Part shown: positions 29,440 to 39,424 of the stretch, in pieces
How the letters are laid out: every line of letters starts with the position of its first letter
Position numbering within the stretch: position 1 is the stretch's first letter
Origin: Spirochaetia bacterium
GTDB taxonomy: Bacteria > Spirochaetota > Spirochaetia > SZUA-6 > Bin103
DNA: 64,000 bases
Direction: 5' to 3'
Assembly: GCA_965203905.1 (NCBI GenBank)
Contig: CBDBDQ010000005.1
Span: 6,560,001-6,624,000, forward strand
Made by a program: the position numbers and the translations under genes
The notes under the pieces: model-generated
The model's database searches: none
Told to the model about the DNA's origin: nothing
The model's input: the letters and a program-made list of their open reading frames with translations, nothing else

Positions 29440-30335
29440 CCCCGCGCCTGCGCACCGCGTTCAGCGACCGCTCGCTCGGCTCGCACTCGTTCGACATCGT
29501 CAACGTGGTGCTGCTGCTGGGGGTGGTCTTCGTCACCCTCTATCCGATGTACTACATCGCCATCATATCGTTCTCCGACGGCAAGGAGGTGCTGCTCGGC
29601 CGGGTGCGCTTCTGGCCGCGCGGCTTCAACCTGGAGTCGTACCGGCTGGTGCTGCGCGACGACACCGTGATCCGCTCGCTGTTCAACTCGATCCTCTACA
29701 CCTCGGTGGGCACCCTGATCAACCTGGTGCTGTCCACCCTGTGCGCCTACCCGCTGTCGCGGCGCGACTTCTCCGGGCGCAAGCTGCTGACCCTGTACGT
29801 GGCGATCACCATGTTCTTCCAGGGCGGTCTGATACCGCTCTACCTGGTGGTGCTGCAGCTCGGGCTGCTCGACACCATGTGGGCGATCGTGCTGGTGCCG
29901 GCGATCAACCAGTTCTACATGTTCATCATGCGCACCTACTTTCAGGGCCAGCCGACGGCGCTGCACGAGGCCGCGATCATCGACGGCGCCAACGACCTCC
30001 AGATCCTGGCGCGCATCGTGGTGCCGCTGGCCAAGCCGATCATGGCCACCATGCTGCTGTTCTACGCCGTCCAGCACTGGAACAGCTTCTTCCACGCGCT
30101 GATATTCCTCACCGAGAAGCGCCTTTACCCGCTGCAACTGATTCTGCGCAGCGTCGTGGTCGAGGCCACCTTCGAGCAGATGAACGAGATCGGCGCCGCC
30201 ACCGACTTCATGGTGCTGGAGAAGACGATCCGGTTCTCGGTGATCATGGTATCGACACTGCCGATTCTGCTGGTGTATCCCTTCCTGCAGAAGTATTTCG
30301 TGAAGGGCGTCATGATCGGCGCCCTGAAGGGATAA
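29433..30335 (+). CDS. Sugar ABC permease (LplC-like)
   Basis: AYPLSR, EAAIIDGA, YPFLQKYFVKG. Confidence 0.92.
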   Translation: MVTPRLRTAFSDRSLGSHSFDIVNVVLLLGVVFVTLYPMYYIAIISFSDGKEVLLGRVRFWPRGFNLESYRLVLRDDTVIRSLFNSILYTSVGTLINLVLSTLCAYPLSRRDFSGRKLLTLYVAITMFFQGGLIPLYLVVLQLGLLDTMWAIVLVPAINQFYMFIMRTYFQGQPTALHEAAIIDGANDLQILARIVVPLAKPIMATMLLFYAVQHWNSFFHALIFLTEKRLYPLQLILRSVVVEATFEQMNEIGAATDFMVLEKTIRFSVIMVSTLPILLVYPFLQKYFVKGVMIGALKG

Positions 30336-30377
30336 TCAAACCCGTCGCGCGCCTGGGAGCGCGCAAAAGGAGTTTCC

Positions 30378-31892
30378 ATGAGGTTCATGCTTATTGCGGC
30401 AGGGCTGGCCCTGCTGCTCGTTTCCGGCACCGTGTGGGGCGCCGGCGAGGAGGAGGGCGCCGCGGCCGAGCGGGTGACCGTCACCTTCATGCGGCCCGAG
30501 CACCCGTCGTCGCCGATCGACCCGGAGGCGCCGGTGTACGAGGCGATTCGGGAGGCGCTCAACATCGACCTGCAGATCGAGGCGATCCCCAGCGGCGACT
30601 TCAACGCCAAGGTGCAACTGCTGCTCGGCACCGCCCAGCTACCCGACATCGCGCGGCTGCGGCAGCGACAGGTGAACGACTTCGCCGACTCCGGCGTGTT
30701 CCTGCCGCTCAACGAGCCGTTGAAGAACCAGGCGCCGGACCTGTGGGCTTACATCGACGCCATTCCCGACGCCAAGAAGACGTTCATCGACGGCACCATG
30801 TACTACGTGCCGCAGATGGACTCCTTCCAGAAGCTGCTGGCTCCGATACCGATGATCCGGCGCGACCTGCTGGACGATCTCGGGCTGGAGATGCCGGACA
30901 GCTTCGACGAGCTGTACGAGACCCTGGCCACGTTCAAGCGGGAGTTCCCGGACAGCCAGCCGTGGACCGTGCGCGGCGGCACGCGCAACCTGCTCAACCG
31001 CGCCGCGTTCCCGATGGGCATGGGCTGGGGCATCCACTGGGTGCCCAGCGAGGGGCGCTGGGTGTACGGCACGGTCAAGCCCGAGTTCAAGACCATCCTG
31101 GAGTACTTCCGCAACGCGTACGTGGACGGCGTGCTCGATCCCGACTTCGCCATCAACTCGTCGAGCCAGTGGCACGAGAAGCTGGGCTCCGGCAAGTCGC
31201 TGTTCTACTACGACAACATGACCTTCGGGCTGAACTACACGATCAGCCTGCGCCAGATGAAGCCGGAAGCGCTGTTCTGGCCGGTTCCGGTGATGGAGAA
31301 CGCGTTCGGCACGCGGCAGAATTTCTCGTACCCCCGGCACTGGTTGTCGTCCGGGTTCACGGTGGCCGCCAAGAGCAAGCACCACGACCGCATCATGGAG
31401 CTGTTCAACTGGATGGGCCACGGCGACGGCCTGCTCCTCACCAACTGGGGTATCGAGGGTGAGCACTGGCATCGCGTCAACGGCGAGATCGAGGCATTGC
31501 CGGAGGTGCTCGACACCTACCGCGGCGCCTCCGACCCGCAGCGCGCGATGCGGGCCTCGATCGGCACCGGGCTGCTGCAGTTCTGCCTGATCGTGGACCA
31601 GAAGCCGATCTACTACTTCGATCCGCCGGAGGTCTCCGACTGGTACGCGCAGGTGCAAGCCGATCCCAACATGCACCTGCCGGTGCTGCCACCGCCCTTC
31701 AACGAGGAAGAGCGCGAGCGCCTGAAGCGGCTGATCACCGACGTCGACAATATCCTCAACCCGGCGCTCGACGGCTTCATCGTCGGCACCGTGTCACTGG
31801 ACGAGTTCGACAACGTGATGCAGCAGGCGATCGACGCCGGCGCCGAAGAGATCGAGGAGATCTACAACGCCGCGGAGGCGCGCCTGCGCTAA
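30378..31892 (+). CDS. Sugar ABC substrate-binding protein
   Basis: Signal peptide ..VWGAGEEE; IRRDLLDDLG; GVLDPDF; NWGIEG. Confidence 0.9.
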   Translation: MRFMLIAAGLALLLVSGTVWGAGEEEGAAAERVTVTFMRPEHPSSPIDPEAPVYEAIREALNIDLQIEAIPSGDFNAKVQLLLGTAQLPDIARLRQRQVNDFADSGVFLPLNEPLKNQAPDLWAYIDAIPDAKKTFIDGTMYYVPQMDSFQKLLAPIPMIRRDLLDDLGLEMPDSFDELYETLATFKREFPDSQPWTVRGGTRNLLNRAAFPMGMGWGIHWVPSEGRWVYGTVKPEFKTILEYFRNAYVDGVLDPDFAINSSSQWHEKLGSGKSLFYYDNMTFGLNYTISLRQMKPEALFWPVPVMENAFGTRQNFSYPRHWLSSGFTVAAKSKHHDRIMELFNWMGHGDGLLLTNWGIEGEHWHRVNGEIEALPEVLDTYRGASDPQRAMRASIGTGLLQFCLIVDQKPIYYFDPPEVSDWYAQVQADPNMHLPVLPPPFNEEERERLKRLITDVDNILNPALDGFIVGTVSLDEFDNVMQQAIDAGAEEIEEIYNAAEARLR

Positions 31893-31909
31893 AGCTGAGG
31901 TTATCTGCG

Positions 31910-31952
31910 CGACGCAGCACGCACCGACCTTGGGCCGGTGCGTGCTGCGTCG
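31910..31952. terminator. 17-bp perfect inverted repeat after the SBP gene
   Basis: cgacgcagcacgcaccg-N9-cggtgcgtgctgcgtcg; no U-tract. Confidence 0.55.
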
Positions 31953-32011
31953 GCAGAATCAGTTGTGACGAAGTCAGCCTCATCAAGGCACGAGAAAGAT
32001 GGAGGCCGGAA

Positions 32012-33790
32012 ATGACAACCCAGCGTATCCAGAGCGAGGATATCTCGGTCACGATATTGTTCCAGTCGTTTTATGCGGTGCCGGACTATCAGCGCGAATT
32101 CGTTTGGGATACGGAGCAAGTAGAGCAATTGCTTAACGACATCCTCGGCGAGATGTCCGGCACGGCACCCGACCAGCGGCCCGAGTACTTCATTGGCAGT
32201 ATCGTCGTCTGCCCGGAGCGTAGCGGTCTGCTTGACTTGATCGACGGTCAGCAGCGGCTGACGACACTCTATGTCACACTATGTACGATTCGAGACCGGC
32301 TTCAGGCACTGGGCGATCACAGCCCTGTCCTAGACTCCCAGATCGCCGCTGCCTCGATCGACACGTCAGGAAAAGAGACCCCACGCTACCGGTTGAATCT
32401 GCAATACGAGGACAGCGGCGACGCACTCGACAGCATCGCAGAGGGCCGAACGATTGAAAGCACGGTGACCCGATCGATGAAGAACATCGACAATGCGCGC
32501 GACGTGGTTAAGAAGTTCCTGACAAGCGAGTTCGGCGAGGACGCTGACGCCGTACGTGGGTTCTACGGGTATCTTTCCAACAAGGTTAAGCTGATCCGAA
32601 TCCAAACAGAGGATATCGCCAAGGCGCTCAAAATCTTCGAGACGATCAACGACCGTGGAGTCGGACTGAACTCGATGGATCTCCTGAAGAACCTGCTATT
32701 TATGAAGGCGACGCCAGTGCAGTTCAACCAACTGAAGGACACGTGGAAGAGCCTGCAAGATACTATCTTCGAGATGAGCGAGAAGCCCTTGCGCTTCCTA
32801 CGCTACTTCATCTTCAGTCGCTACGACGAAGATCAATTGCGTGAGGACGAAATCTACGGATGGTTCTCCCAAAACGAAGCAGACGCCGAATACGGGTCAG
32901 ACCCGATCAGGTTCGCACGTGAGCTCGTGAGCGCCGCAAGCGCCTACAGCAATTTTCGACTCGGCAAGGACGAACGTGGCAACGCCAACCGATTTCTCGA
33001 CAACATGCGTCTCTTAGGCGGGCGGGCCGCGCGCCAGCACCTGATACTTCTACTTGCTGGGCGGCACCTGTCGTCCGGGCTGTTCGATCGACTCGCCCAG
33101 GAGGTCGAGAATCTGTTCTTCTGCTATGTCATCACGCGCGAACCGACGCGCGATTTCGAGCGTAGTTTTGCACGTTGGGCGACCGAGTTGCGGGGCGTCG
33201 AAGCTGCCGAGGAGTTCGATGACTTCGTCGCTCAGCGGTTTGCGAAGGAGAAGGCTGGGCTCTCGGCACGCTTCGATGATGCGATTGGTCGACTGACCTC
33301 CGGCTCAATACAGCAGTACCGCTTCCGCTATGTTTTGTCGAAGCTGACGCAGTATGTCGATGTACAAGCTTATGGCGAGACCGAAAGCACACGATGGCTA
33401 GCAAACTACACGAGTGGCGGATTTGAGATCGAGCACATATTCCCCCAACAGCCCTGCGCCAAAGCTGCCGATGAGTTCGGCCCGTATGATGACCCTGACG
33501 TCGGCACTAAGCTTGGCAATCTCGTCCTGGTGGAAAAGCAGATCAATGCTTCGCTCGGAAACCGTGCCTACAGCCAGAAACGGGCGGTGTATCAGCAGTC
33601 CAGACTCTTGTTGACGCGCGCGCTGGCGGAGCGGCCGAGGGTCGGTGCAAATACGCAGATCGATCGGACCGTCAGCGCAATTGAGCCGTTTGAAACGTGG
33701 GACGAAGCGGCTGTAAACGACCGTCAGCGGTCGCTCATAGCACTCTCAAGGGCCGTCTGGGGTATGCCTGAGATCGGCCTGTCGCCATGA
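32012..33790 (+). CDS. GmrSD-family (DUF262 + DUF1524 HNH) type IV restriction-like protein
   Basis: VPDYQREFVW, IDGQQRLTT, FETINDRG, IEHIFPQ, LGNLVLV. Confidence 0.9.
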   Translation: MTTQRIQSEDISVTILFQSFYAVPDYQREFVWDTEQVEQLLNDILGEMSGTAPDQRPEYFIGSIVVCPERSGLLDLIDGQQRLTTLYVTLCTIRDRLQALGDHSPVLDSQIAAASIDTSGKETPRYRLNLQYEDSGDALDSIAEGRTIESTVTRSMKNIDNARDVVKKFLTSEFGEDADAVRGFYGYLSNKVKLIRIQTEDIAKALKIFETINDRGVGLNSMDLLKNLLFMKATPVQFNQLKDTWKSLQDTIFEMSEKPLRFLRYFIFSRYDEDQLREDEIYGWFSQNEADAEYGSDPIRFARELVSAASAYSNFRLGKDERGNANRFLDNMRLLGGRAARQHLILLLAGRHLSSGLFDRLAQEVENLFFCYVITREPTRDFERSFARWATELRGVEAAEEFDDFVAQRFAKEKAGLSARFDDAIGRLTSGSIQQYRFRYVLSKLTQYVDVQAYGETESTRWLANYTSGGFEIEHIFPQQPCAKAADEFGPYDDPDVGTKLGNLVLVEKQINASLGNRAYSQKRAVYQQSRLLLTRALAERPRVGANTQIDRTVSAIEPFETWDEAAVNDRQRSLIALSRAVWGMPEIGLSP

Positions 33791-33821
33791 TACAGGTCCT
33801 CTCGTGGCCGCACCCCGATTG

Positions 33822-34199
33822 TCAGACCGGACTTGCCGCCAAGTCTTGGGGGGCCTTGCTGACCCACTCCGGTGCGTAGAGCAATACCGGCGCGACGCTA
33901 TCGTCGTCCCATAGTGGCGAATCCTGACCCCAGTAGAAGAAGTGCGCCGTATGATCGTCGGCTATCGCCTTCTGTCGATCGTTCCCCGACTTGGTGTAAA
34001 CGACCACTATATCACCGGCCACCACGCGTTTGTCGGGGAACCAGAATGTGTTGACGACTTCAGTAGTTACCTGATTGCCTTCAAAACGTGTGCGAATGAG
34101 CATGAAATCGCCGATATCGACATCTCGCAAGACATGAAGTACGAGCCGTTCATGGTGGGGGTCACCGTGGTCCAACACAAATCGAATCTCTACCTTCAT
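33822..34199 (-). CDS. Hypothetical beta-rich protein (lamin-tail-domain-like)
   Basis: GDPHHERLVLHV..DIGDF..FWFPD..VVAGDIVVVYTKSG..FFYWG..LW; ATG overlaps the upstream TGA. Confidence 0.55.
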   Translation of the reverse strand: MKVEIRFVLDHGDPHHERLVLHVLRDVDIGDFMLIRTRFEGNQVTTEVVNTFWFPDKRVVAGDIVVVYTKSGNDRQKAIADDHTAHFFYWGQDSPLWDDDSVAPVLLYAPEWVSKAPQDLAASPV

Positions 34200-34643
34200 C
34201 TCAAACGCAGCCTTGCCACCACCGTCCCCACAACGAATGTCGCTCCAACCACCAGCGCAATCCACCCGGTGGGCTGGGTGGACCACAGCGATGGAAGGTG
34301 ACCCAGAATCAAGGATCCCGCCTACCAGTGCGGCACCGAGCACAATGTCTTGCGCAGTGGACCTATTGAGCCGTTCGCGGAGTACTGCGGCCTCCTTATC
34401 GCATAGGTGAAAGCGCTCGCTGACTCTTCGCAGCTCATCGTTTTCCTGCACTAATTCGTCATGTTGGTCAAGAATCATTCTCAGGGTTCCTGGGTGTGAA
34501 AGCTCTTCCTCGGACAGTTCGCGACGCAGCTTGTGAAAGGCCTTCCGTCCCTTTCCACTACGTCGCCCGCCTTCTTCGCCATCGGGCGGCTCCTTGTAGA
34601 GAGCGCTGCGTAGCGGATCGTCAACTGATTCGGGCTCCGTCAT
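34196..34643 (-). CDS. Coiled-coil protein with two C-terminal TM helices; +1 frameshift at about 34318
   Basis: Removing one G gives ..ALVGGSLILGHLPSLWSTQPTGWIALVVGATFVVGTVVARLRLR* ending in an ATGA overlap. Confidence 0.55.
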
Positions 34644-34736
34644 CAGAATATGGAGATAGTACCTCACACTTCGCGTCCGTCAACCGGCAGGCCTGCCCCT
34701 GCAGGTCCTTGCGAGGGCGTATGGTAGGCTGACCGC

Positions 34737-36413
34737 GTGAGCGACCGCCCGAACATCCTGGTGTTGATGACCGATCAGCAGCGTGCCGACGCGATGGGCT
34801 GCGCAGGCAACCCGGTGCTTCGCACACCCGCCATGGACGCCATCGCGGCCTCCGGGGTGCGCTTTACCAATGCCTGCGCCTCCACCCCGGTGTGCGTGGC
34901 CTCGCGCATGAGCTTCATCACCGGCCACCGGGCGGCGCGCACGCACTGGATGGACAACAGCGCCCTGCCCGGCCCGGTGCCGGAGCTGCCCACCATGATG
35001 GGCCTGCTGCTGCGCGCCGGCTACTGGACCCACGGCGTCGGCAAGATGCACTTCCGCGGCCGCTCCTACGGCTTCCGCAACCTGCTCACCATGGAGGAGG
35101 GCGTCGAGCACCGCGTCGACGACGACTACCTGCGCTACCTGCGCGATGCCGGCGTGCAGGCGCGCTTCCCGAAGGGGATGCGCGACCTGCTCTACTTCCA
35201 GCCGCAGACCAGCGGCGTGCCGGTGGAGCACAGCGCCAGCAACTGGGTCGCCGACCGCTCCATCGAGTTCCTGCAGGAGCACGCCCGCTACCGGCCCGAT
35301 CAGCCGTTCTTCCTGTGGTCCTCCTGGATCGCGCCGCACCCGCCGTTCGCTCCCAGCGCACCCTACGACGAGCTGTACGAGCCGGGCGCCATGGCGTTGC
35401 CGGAGTACGCCGACCGCCCGGCGGTCGACCTGCCCTCGGCACTGTGGCCGCACCGCGCCCGCCTCGACGGCGCACACCGCGATCCCGACCGCATGCGCCG
35501 CATCCGCGCCCTCTACTACGGCCTGATCGGCCAGGTCGACGACGGCATCGCCCGCATCATGGCGGCGCTGCGCGAGCTGCGGCTAGACGAGAACACGGTG
35601 GTGTTGTTCACCGCCGACCACGGCGAGATGCTCGGCGACCACGGCCTGTCGCAGAAGAACTGTCCCTACGAGCCGTCGGTGCGCGTGCCGCTGCTGCTGC
35701 GCTGGCCGGGACGGACGCACCCCGGCGCCACCTGCGACCACCCCGTCGGCCTCACCGACGTGCTGCCCACCCTGGTGGCGGAGCTGGGCCTCGATTACCC
35801 CGCCGACCAGGGACCGCTGCCCGGCGAGAGTCTGCTCGGCGTGCCTGGCGGCGGGCTCGCCTCCGGGCGCGGCGACTACGTGATCGACTACGGCCAGGGC
35901 GCGCGCCGCTGGATTGCGGTACGCACACGGCGCCACAAGTACGCGCTGTTCGCCTGCGACGGCGGGCGCGAGGAGCTGTACGAATTGGAGGCCGACCCGC
36001 ACGAACGCCACAACCTGACCGCGGCCGAGCCGGAGCTTACCGCCGCGTTCCGCGAGCGCGCCCTCGAATGGGAGCGCACCTCCGGCCTAGCCCAGGCGCC
36101 TGGCGAGTCCGCCTCATTCGAGGGCGCCCGGTTCCGCACCTGGCCCGGGCCGGCGGAGGTTCCCTCCGAGGAGGAACTGCGCGACGTGTCGGTCAACGAA
36201 GGTGCCTGGCCGAAGCGGGTCCCCGCCGACGAGTCCGCCGCCTTGGAGAGCTTCGCGGCCGCCTTCACCCGCGCCATCAGCAAGGAGACCACCCTCAGCC
36301 CCGACAAGCTCTCCCTAGCCAGCTACAAGCGCAAGCTCAGCCGCCTCGGCCCCCGCGACCCCGGCGAATCCCTCGTCGGAACCCCTTGGGAGCAAGCCTG
36401 GCACGACGCCTGA
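34737..36413 (+). CDS. Sulfatase (Cys-type, CxAxR variant)
   Basis: MTDQQR, CVASRMSFITG, GKMH, PHPP, ADHG. Confidence 0.92.
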   Translation: MSDRPNILVLMTDQQRADAMGCAGNPVLRTPAMDAIAASGVRFTNACASTPVCVASRMSFITGHRAARTHWMDNSALPGPVPELPTMMGLLLRAGYWTHGVGKMHFRGRSYGFRNLLTMEEGVEHRVDDDYLRYLRDAGVQARFPKGMRDLLYFQPQTSGVPVEHSASNWVADRSIEFLQEHARYRPDQPFFLWSSWIAPHPPFAPSAPYDELYEPGAMALPEYADRPAVDLPSALWPHRARLDGAHRDPDRMRRIRALYYGLIGQVDDGIARIMAALRELRLDENTVVLFTADHGEMLGDHGLSQKNCPYEPSVRVPLLLRWPGRTHPGATCDHPVGLTDVLPTLVAELGLDYPADQGPLPGESLLGVPGGGLASGRGDYVIDYGQGARRWIAVRTRRHKYALFACDGGREELYELEADPHERHNLTAAEPELTAAFRERALEWERTSGLAQAPGESASFEGARFRTWPGPAEVPSEEELRDVSVNEGAWPKRVPADESAALESFAAAFTRAISKETTLSPDKLSLASYKRKLSRLGPRDPGESLVGTPWEQAWHDA

Positions 36414-36455
36414 TTCCTCGCTGCGCTCCCCCGCCCACCATTTCCGATCATGATC

Positions 36456-36484
36456 TTGACTTCATATGTATAGAAACACATAAT
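36456..36484 (+). promoter_or_regulatory. Sigma70 promoter of the RelE-XRE module (probably leaderless)
   Basis: TTGACT-N17-CATAAT, 7 nt before GTG 36492. Confidence 0.7.
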
Positions 36485-36491
36485 CTCTAGG

Positions 36492-36857
36492 GTGAGTTGG
36501 GCTGTCGAGATTGCCGACGAGTTCAATCCGGAGTTCGACAGTCTACCCGTGGACGTGCAAACCGAGATCCTGGCCTTGTCGCGGCTCTTACGGCAATTCG
36601 GACCGCAGTTGGGACGGCCGCGGGTGGACACGCTGAACGGCTCCCGGCATGCGAATATGAAGGAGCTGCGGTTCAGCGCGGTGGACGGCGAGTGGCGCGT
36701 CGCCTTCGCCGTCGACCCCAAGCGTAGCGCCATCCTCCTGGTAGCAGGAGACAAGTCGGGCGGTAGTTCGAGGCGGTTCTACCGTACGCTGATCCGCAAG
36801 GCCGATGAGCGATTCGATCGGCACCTGAGCCGCGTGGCTCAAGAAGGAGATTCTTGA
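36492..36857 (+). CDS. RelE/HigB-like toxin (Gp49-like)
   Basis: GPQLGRPRVDTLNGSRHANMKELR, WRVAFA.DP, LLVAGDKSG. Confidence 0.88.
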   Translation: MSWAVEIADEFNPEFDSLPVDVQTEILALSRLLRQFGPQLGRPRVDTLNGSRHANMKELRFSAVDGEWRVAFAVDPKRSAILLVAGDKSGGSSRRFYRTLIRKADERFDRHLSRVAQEGDS

Positions 36858-37183
36858 TGGCTGTCAATGTAGACGACAAGATCGCGGGACTCGACCCCGT
36901 CCGGCGCCGCCAGGTCGAGGAGCGGGCCGAGGAGCTTATCGCCGAGGAGATGACGCTCCGGGAGCTGCGCAAGGCCCGGCAACTCACCCAGGTCAACGTG
37001 GCACGCAAGCTCGGCATATCGCAGGATGGCGTTTCCCGTCTCGAGCAACGGAGCGATCTGTTGCTCTCGACGCTGCGCAAGACCGTGGAAGCGATGGGAG
37101 GCAACCTGTCGCTGATCGCAAAGTTCCCGGACCGTCCGCCGGTCGAGCTCGCCGGCATCGCCGACAACGATCCCGGCGACTGA
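36857..37183 (+). CDS. XRE/HigA-like antitoxin
   Basis: LRELRKARQLTQ..LGISQ..VSRLE..DLLLSTLR. Confidence 0.88.
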   Translation: MAVNVDDKIAGLDPVRRRQVEERAEELIAEEMTLRELRKARQLTQVNVARKLGISQDGVSRLEQRSDLLLSTLRKTVEAMGGNLSLIAKFPDRPPVELAGIADNDPGD

Positions 37184-37214
37184 CGCCTGAGCGTCCTCCT
37201 GAAATGAGGCGGAT

Positions 37215-38333
37215 CTACTTGTAGGGATCGGCGGCGTCGCGCAGGCCGTCGCCGACGGCGTTGTAGCACAGCACCGTCACCACCACGAAGATCCCCGGGA
37301 TCAGCAGCCACGGGTTCAGCGCAATCACGCTCACGTTGGAGGCCTGCTGGAGTGCCACCCCCCAGCTCACCGTCGGTGACGTCAGACCCAGGCCCAGGAA
37401 ACTGAGGCCGGTCTCGCCGAGGATCATCCCCGGGATCGACAGGGTGAGGTGGACGATCAGGTAGCCGACGAAATTCGGCAGCATGTGTCCGGTGATCACC
37501 CGGTAGTTGGTGGTGCCGGCCACCTTCGCGGCCGTGACGAAGTCCTCTTCCCTGAGTTGCAGGATCTTGCCGCGCACCGTACGCGCCAGCCCGGTCCAGC
37601 CGAGGATGGACAGGATCACCGACATCAGGAAGTACTTGGTCACCGGCGGCCACTCCAGCGGTATCGCCGCGGCCAGCGCCATCCACAGCGGCAGCCCGGG
37701 CATCGCCTCGACGAACTCCACGATGCGCTGGATGATCAGGTCCACACCGCCACCGAGCAGGCCGGAGGCGCCGCCGAGCAGGGCGCCGAGCACGAAGCTG
37801 ACCGCGATGCCGACCAGGCCGATGGAAAGCGAGATCCGCGCGCCGTGGATGACGCGGGTCAACACGTCGCGGCCCAGATCGTCGGCGCCGAACAGGTAGA
37901 CCACCCCCGGTTCGTCGACGCCGTACAGGCGGAGTCTGCCGTCGAACAGGCCCCACAGCTTGTAAGGGTCCCCCTTGACGAACAATCTGACCGGATACCG
38001 CGTCTCCTTGTCTTCCGAGAACACCAGCAGGAACGTCGCCGGGTCGCGCTCCTGCGCCAGGCCGTACACGAACGGACGCTGGAGTTGCCCCTCATGAAAC
38101 ACGTGGACTCGCGTCGGTGGCAGGAACGCCAGTTCCGTCCGGCTCTGAATCTTGTCGTAGGGGGAGAAGAAATCGGCAAAGATGGCGGTGAAGTACAACA
38201 CGGCCAGAATCACCGCCGCCACCACCGCCAGCTTGTGGCGCCCGAACTTGCGCCGCATCAGCACCCAGTGGGACGCGACGAAATACTGTTCCCGTTCGGC
38301 AGATGGCATCGGCGCCCGCGCTTCGGTGCTCAT
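37215..38333 (-). CDS. ABC permease (DppC-like)
   Basis: GADDLGRD, FVTAAKVAG, GDGLRDAADP. Confidence 0.92.
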   Translation of the reverse strand: MSTEARAPMPSAEREQYFVASHWVLMRRKFGRHKLAVVAAVILAVLYFTAIFADFFSPYDKIQSRTELAFLPPTRVHVFHEGQLQRPFVYGLAQERDPATFLLVFSEDKETRYPVRLFVKGDPYKLWGLFDGRLRLYGVDEPGVVYLFGADDLGRDVLTRVIHGARISLSIGLVGIAVSFVLGALLGGASGLLGGGVDLIIQRIVEFVEAMPGLPLWMALAAAIPLEWPPVTKYFLMSVILSILGWTGLARTVRGKILQLREEDFVTAAKVAGTTNYRVITGHMLPNFVGYLIVHLTLSIPGMILGETGLSFLGLGLTSPTVSWGVALQQASNVSVIALNPWLLIPGIFVVVTVLCYNAVGDGLRDAADPYK

Positions 38334-39328
38334 GCCGTCTGCTTCTCGAACCGGATACGCGGATCCACCACCACCAGCAGGAGATCCGATATCAGCGTGC
38401 CGAACAGCCCGAGCGACCCCAGGAACAGTATCAGGCTGGCGGCAATCTGCAGGTCCTGCTCCAGGAGCGCGGTCAGCAGCAGCGGTCCCACCGTGGGCAG
38501 GCTGAGCACGATCGACACCAGCGCCTCGCCGGAGACCACTCCCGCCAGCAACCCTGCCAGTCCGGACACCATCGGATTGATCGCCAGCCGGATCGGGTAC
38601 TTGAACAACAGGCGGCCCTCGCCTACTCCCTTGGCGCGCGCGGTCACCACGTACTGCCTGCCGAGCTCGTCCATCAGCGTGGTGCGCAGCACGCGGATCA
38701 TGCCGGCCGTGCCTGCGGTGCCGATCACGATCAGCGGCACCGGCAGATGCTTCATCAGGTCGACCACCTTGGCGACACTCCACGGCGCGATCAGGTACTC
38801 GGGCGAGAACAGGCCGCCCGGGCTCCAGCCGAAGTAGCGCTGGAACAGGAACATCAGGATGAGCGCCAGCAGGAAGTTGGGCGTGGCCAGGCCCAAGAAC
38901 CCGAATACGGTGCCCGAGTAGTCACCGACCGAGTAAGGATGGGTTGCCGAGTAGATCCCGATCGGGATCGCGATGATGTAGGTGACCACCATCGTGGACA
39001 GCGACAGGATGATCGACAGCATGATGCGCTCGCCGATCAGGTCGGCGACCGGCCTGTTGTGGGTGGCCGACTCGCCGAAGTCGCCGCGGAAGATGATGTT
39101 GGTAATCCACTTCCAGTACTGGACGTGGAACGGATCCCTGAAGCCCCAGCGCCTGTTGAGCGCCTCGATGGCCGACTCGTCCAACTCTATCCCGAACCGC
39201 TCCATGTAGTAGAGGAAGTTGTCGATCCAGTCGCCCGGCGGAAGCTGGATCACCGCAAAGGCGACAAAGGACAGCATGATCAGCATCAGGAGCATGTAGA
39301 ACAGACGCCGCCCGATGTAGCTGGCCAT
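38330..39328 (-). CDS. ABC permease (DppB-like)
   Basis: YVVTARAKG, DPRIR. Confidence 0.92.
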   Translation of the reverse strand: MASYIGRRLFYMLLMLIMLSFVAFAVIQLPPGDWIDNFLYYMERFGIELDESAIEALNRRWGFRDPFHVQYWKWITNIIFRGDFGESATHNRPVADLIGERIMLSIILSLSTMVVTYIIAIPIGIYSATHPYSVGDYSGTVFGFLGLATPNFLLALILMFLFQRYFGWSPGGLFSPEYLIAPWSVAKVVDLMKHLPVPLIVIGTAGTAGMIRVLRTTLMDELGRQYVVTARAKGVGEGRLLFKYPIRLAINPMVSGLAGLLAGVVSGEALVSIVLSLPTVGPLLLTALLEQDLQIAASLILFLGSLGLFGTLISDLLLVVVDPRIRFEKQTA

Positions 39329-39424
39329 CCTGCGAGCCTAAGGCGGCCATTGACCGCTGTCAAGTTCGTGCGCCCGCTTGCGCGGCCGGCCGCGGAGCGC
39401 CATCCTTGGACGCGGGGGCGCAGG

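Noticed and set aside
33822-34667. Single 281-aa protein from the ORF track
   Set aside because: A one-base correction yields two TM helices and an ATGA-coupled second gene, which is more plausible.
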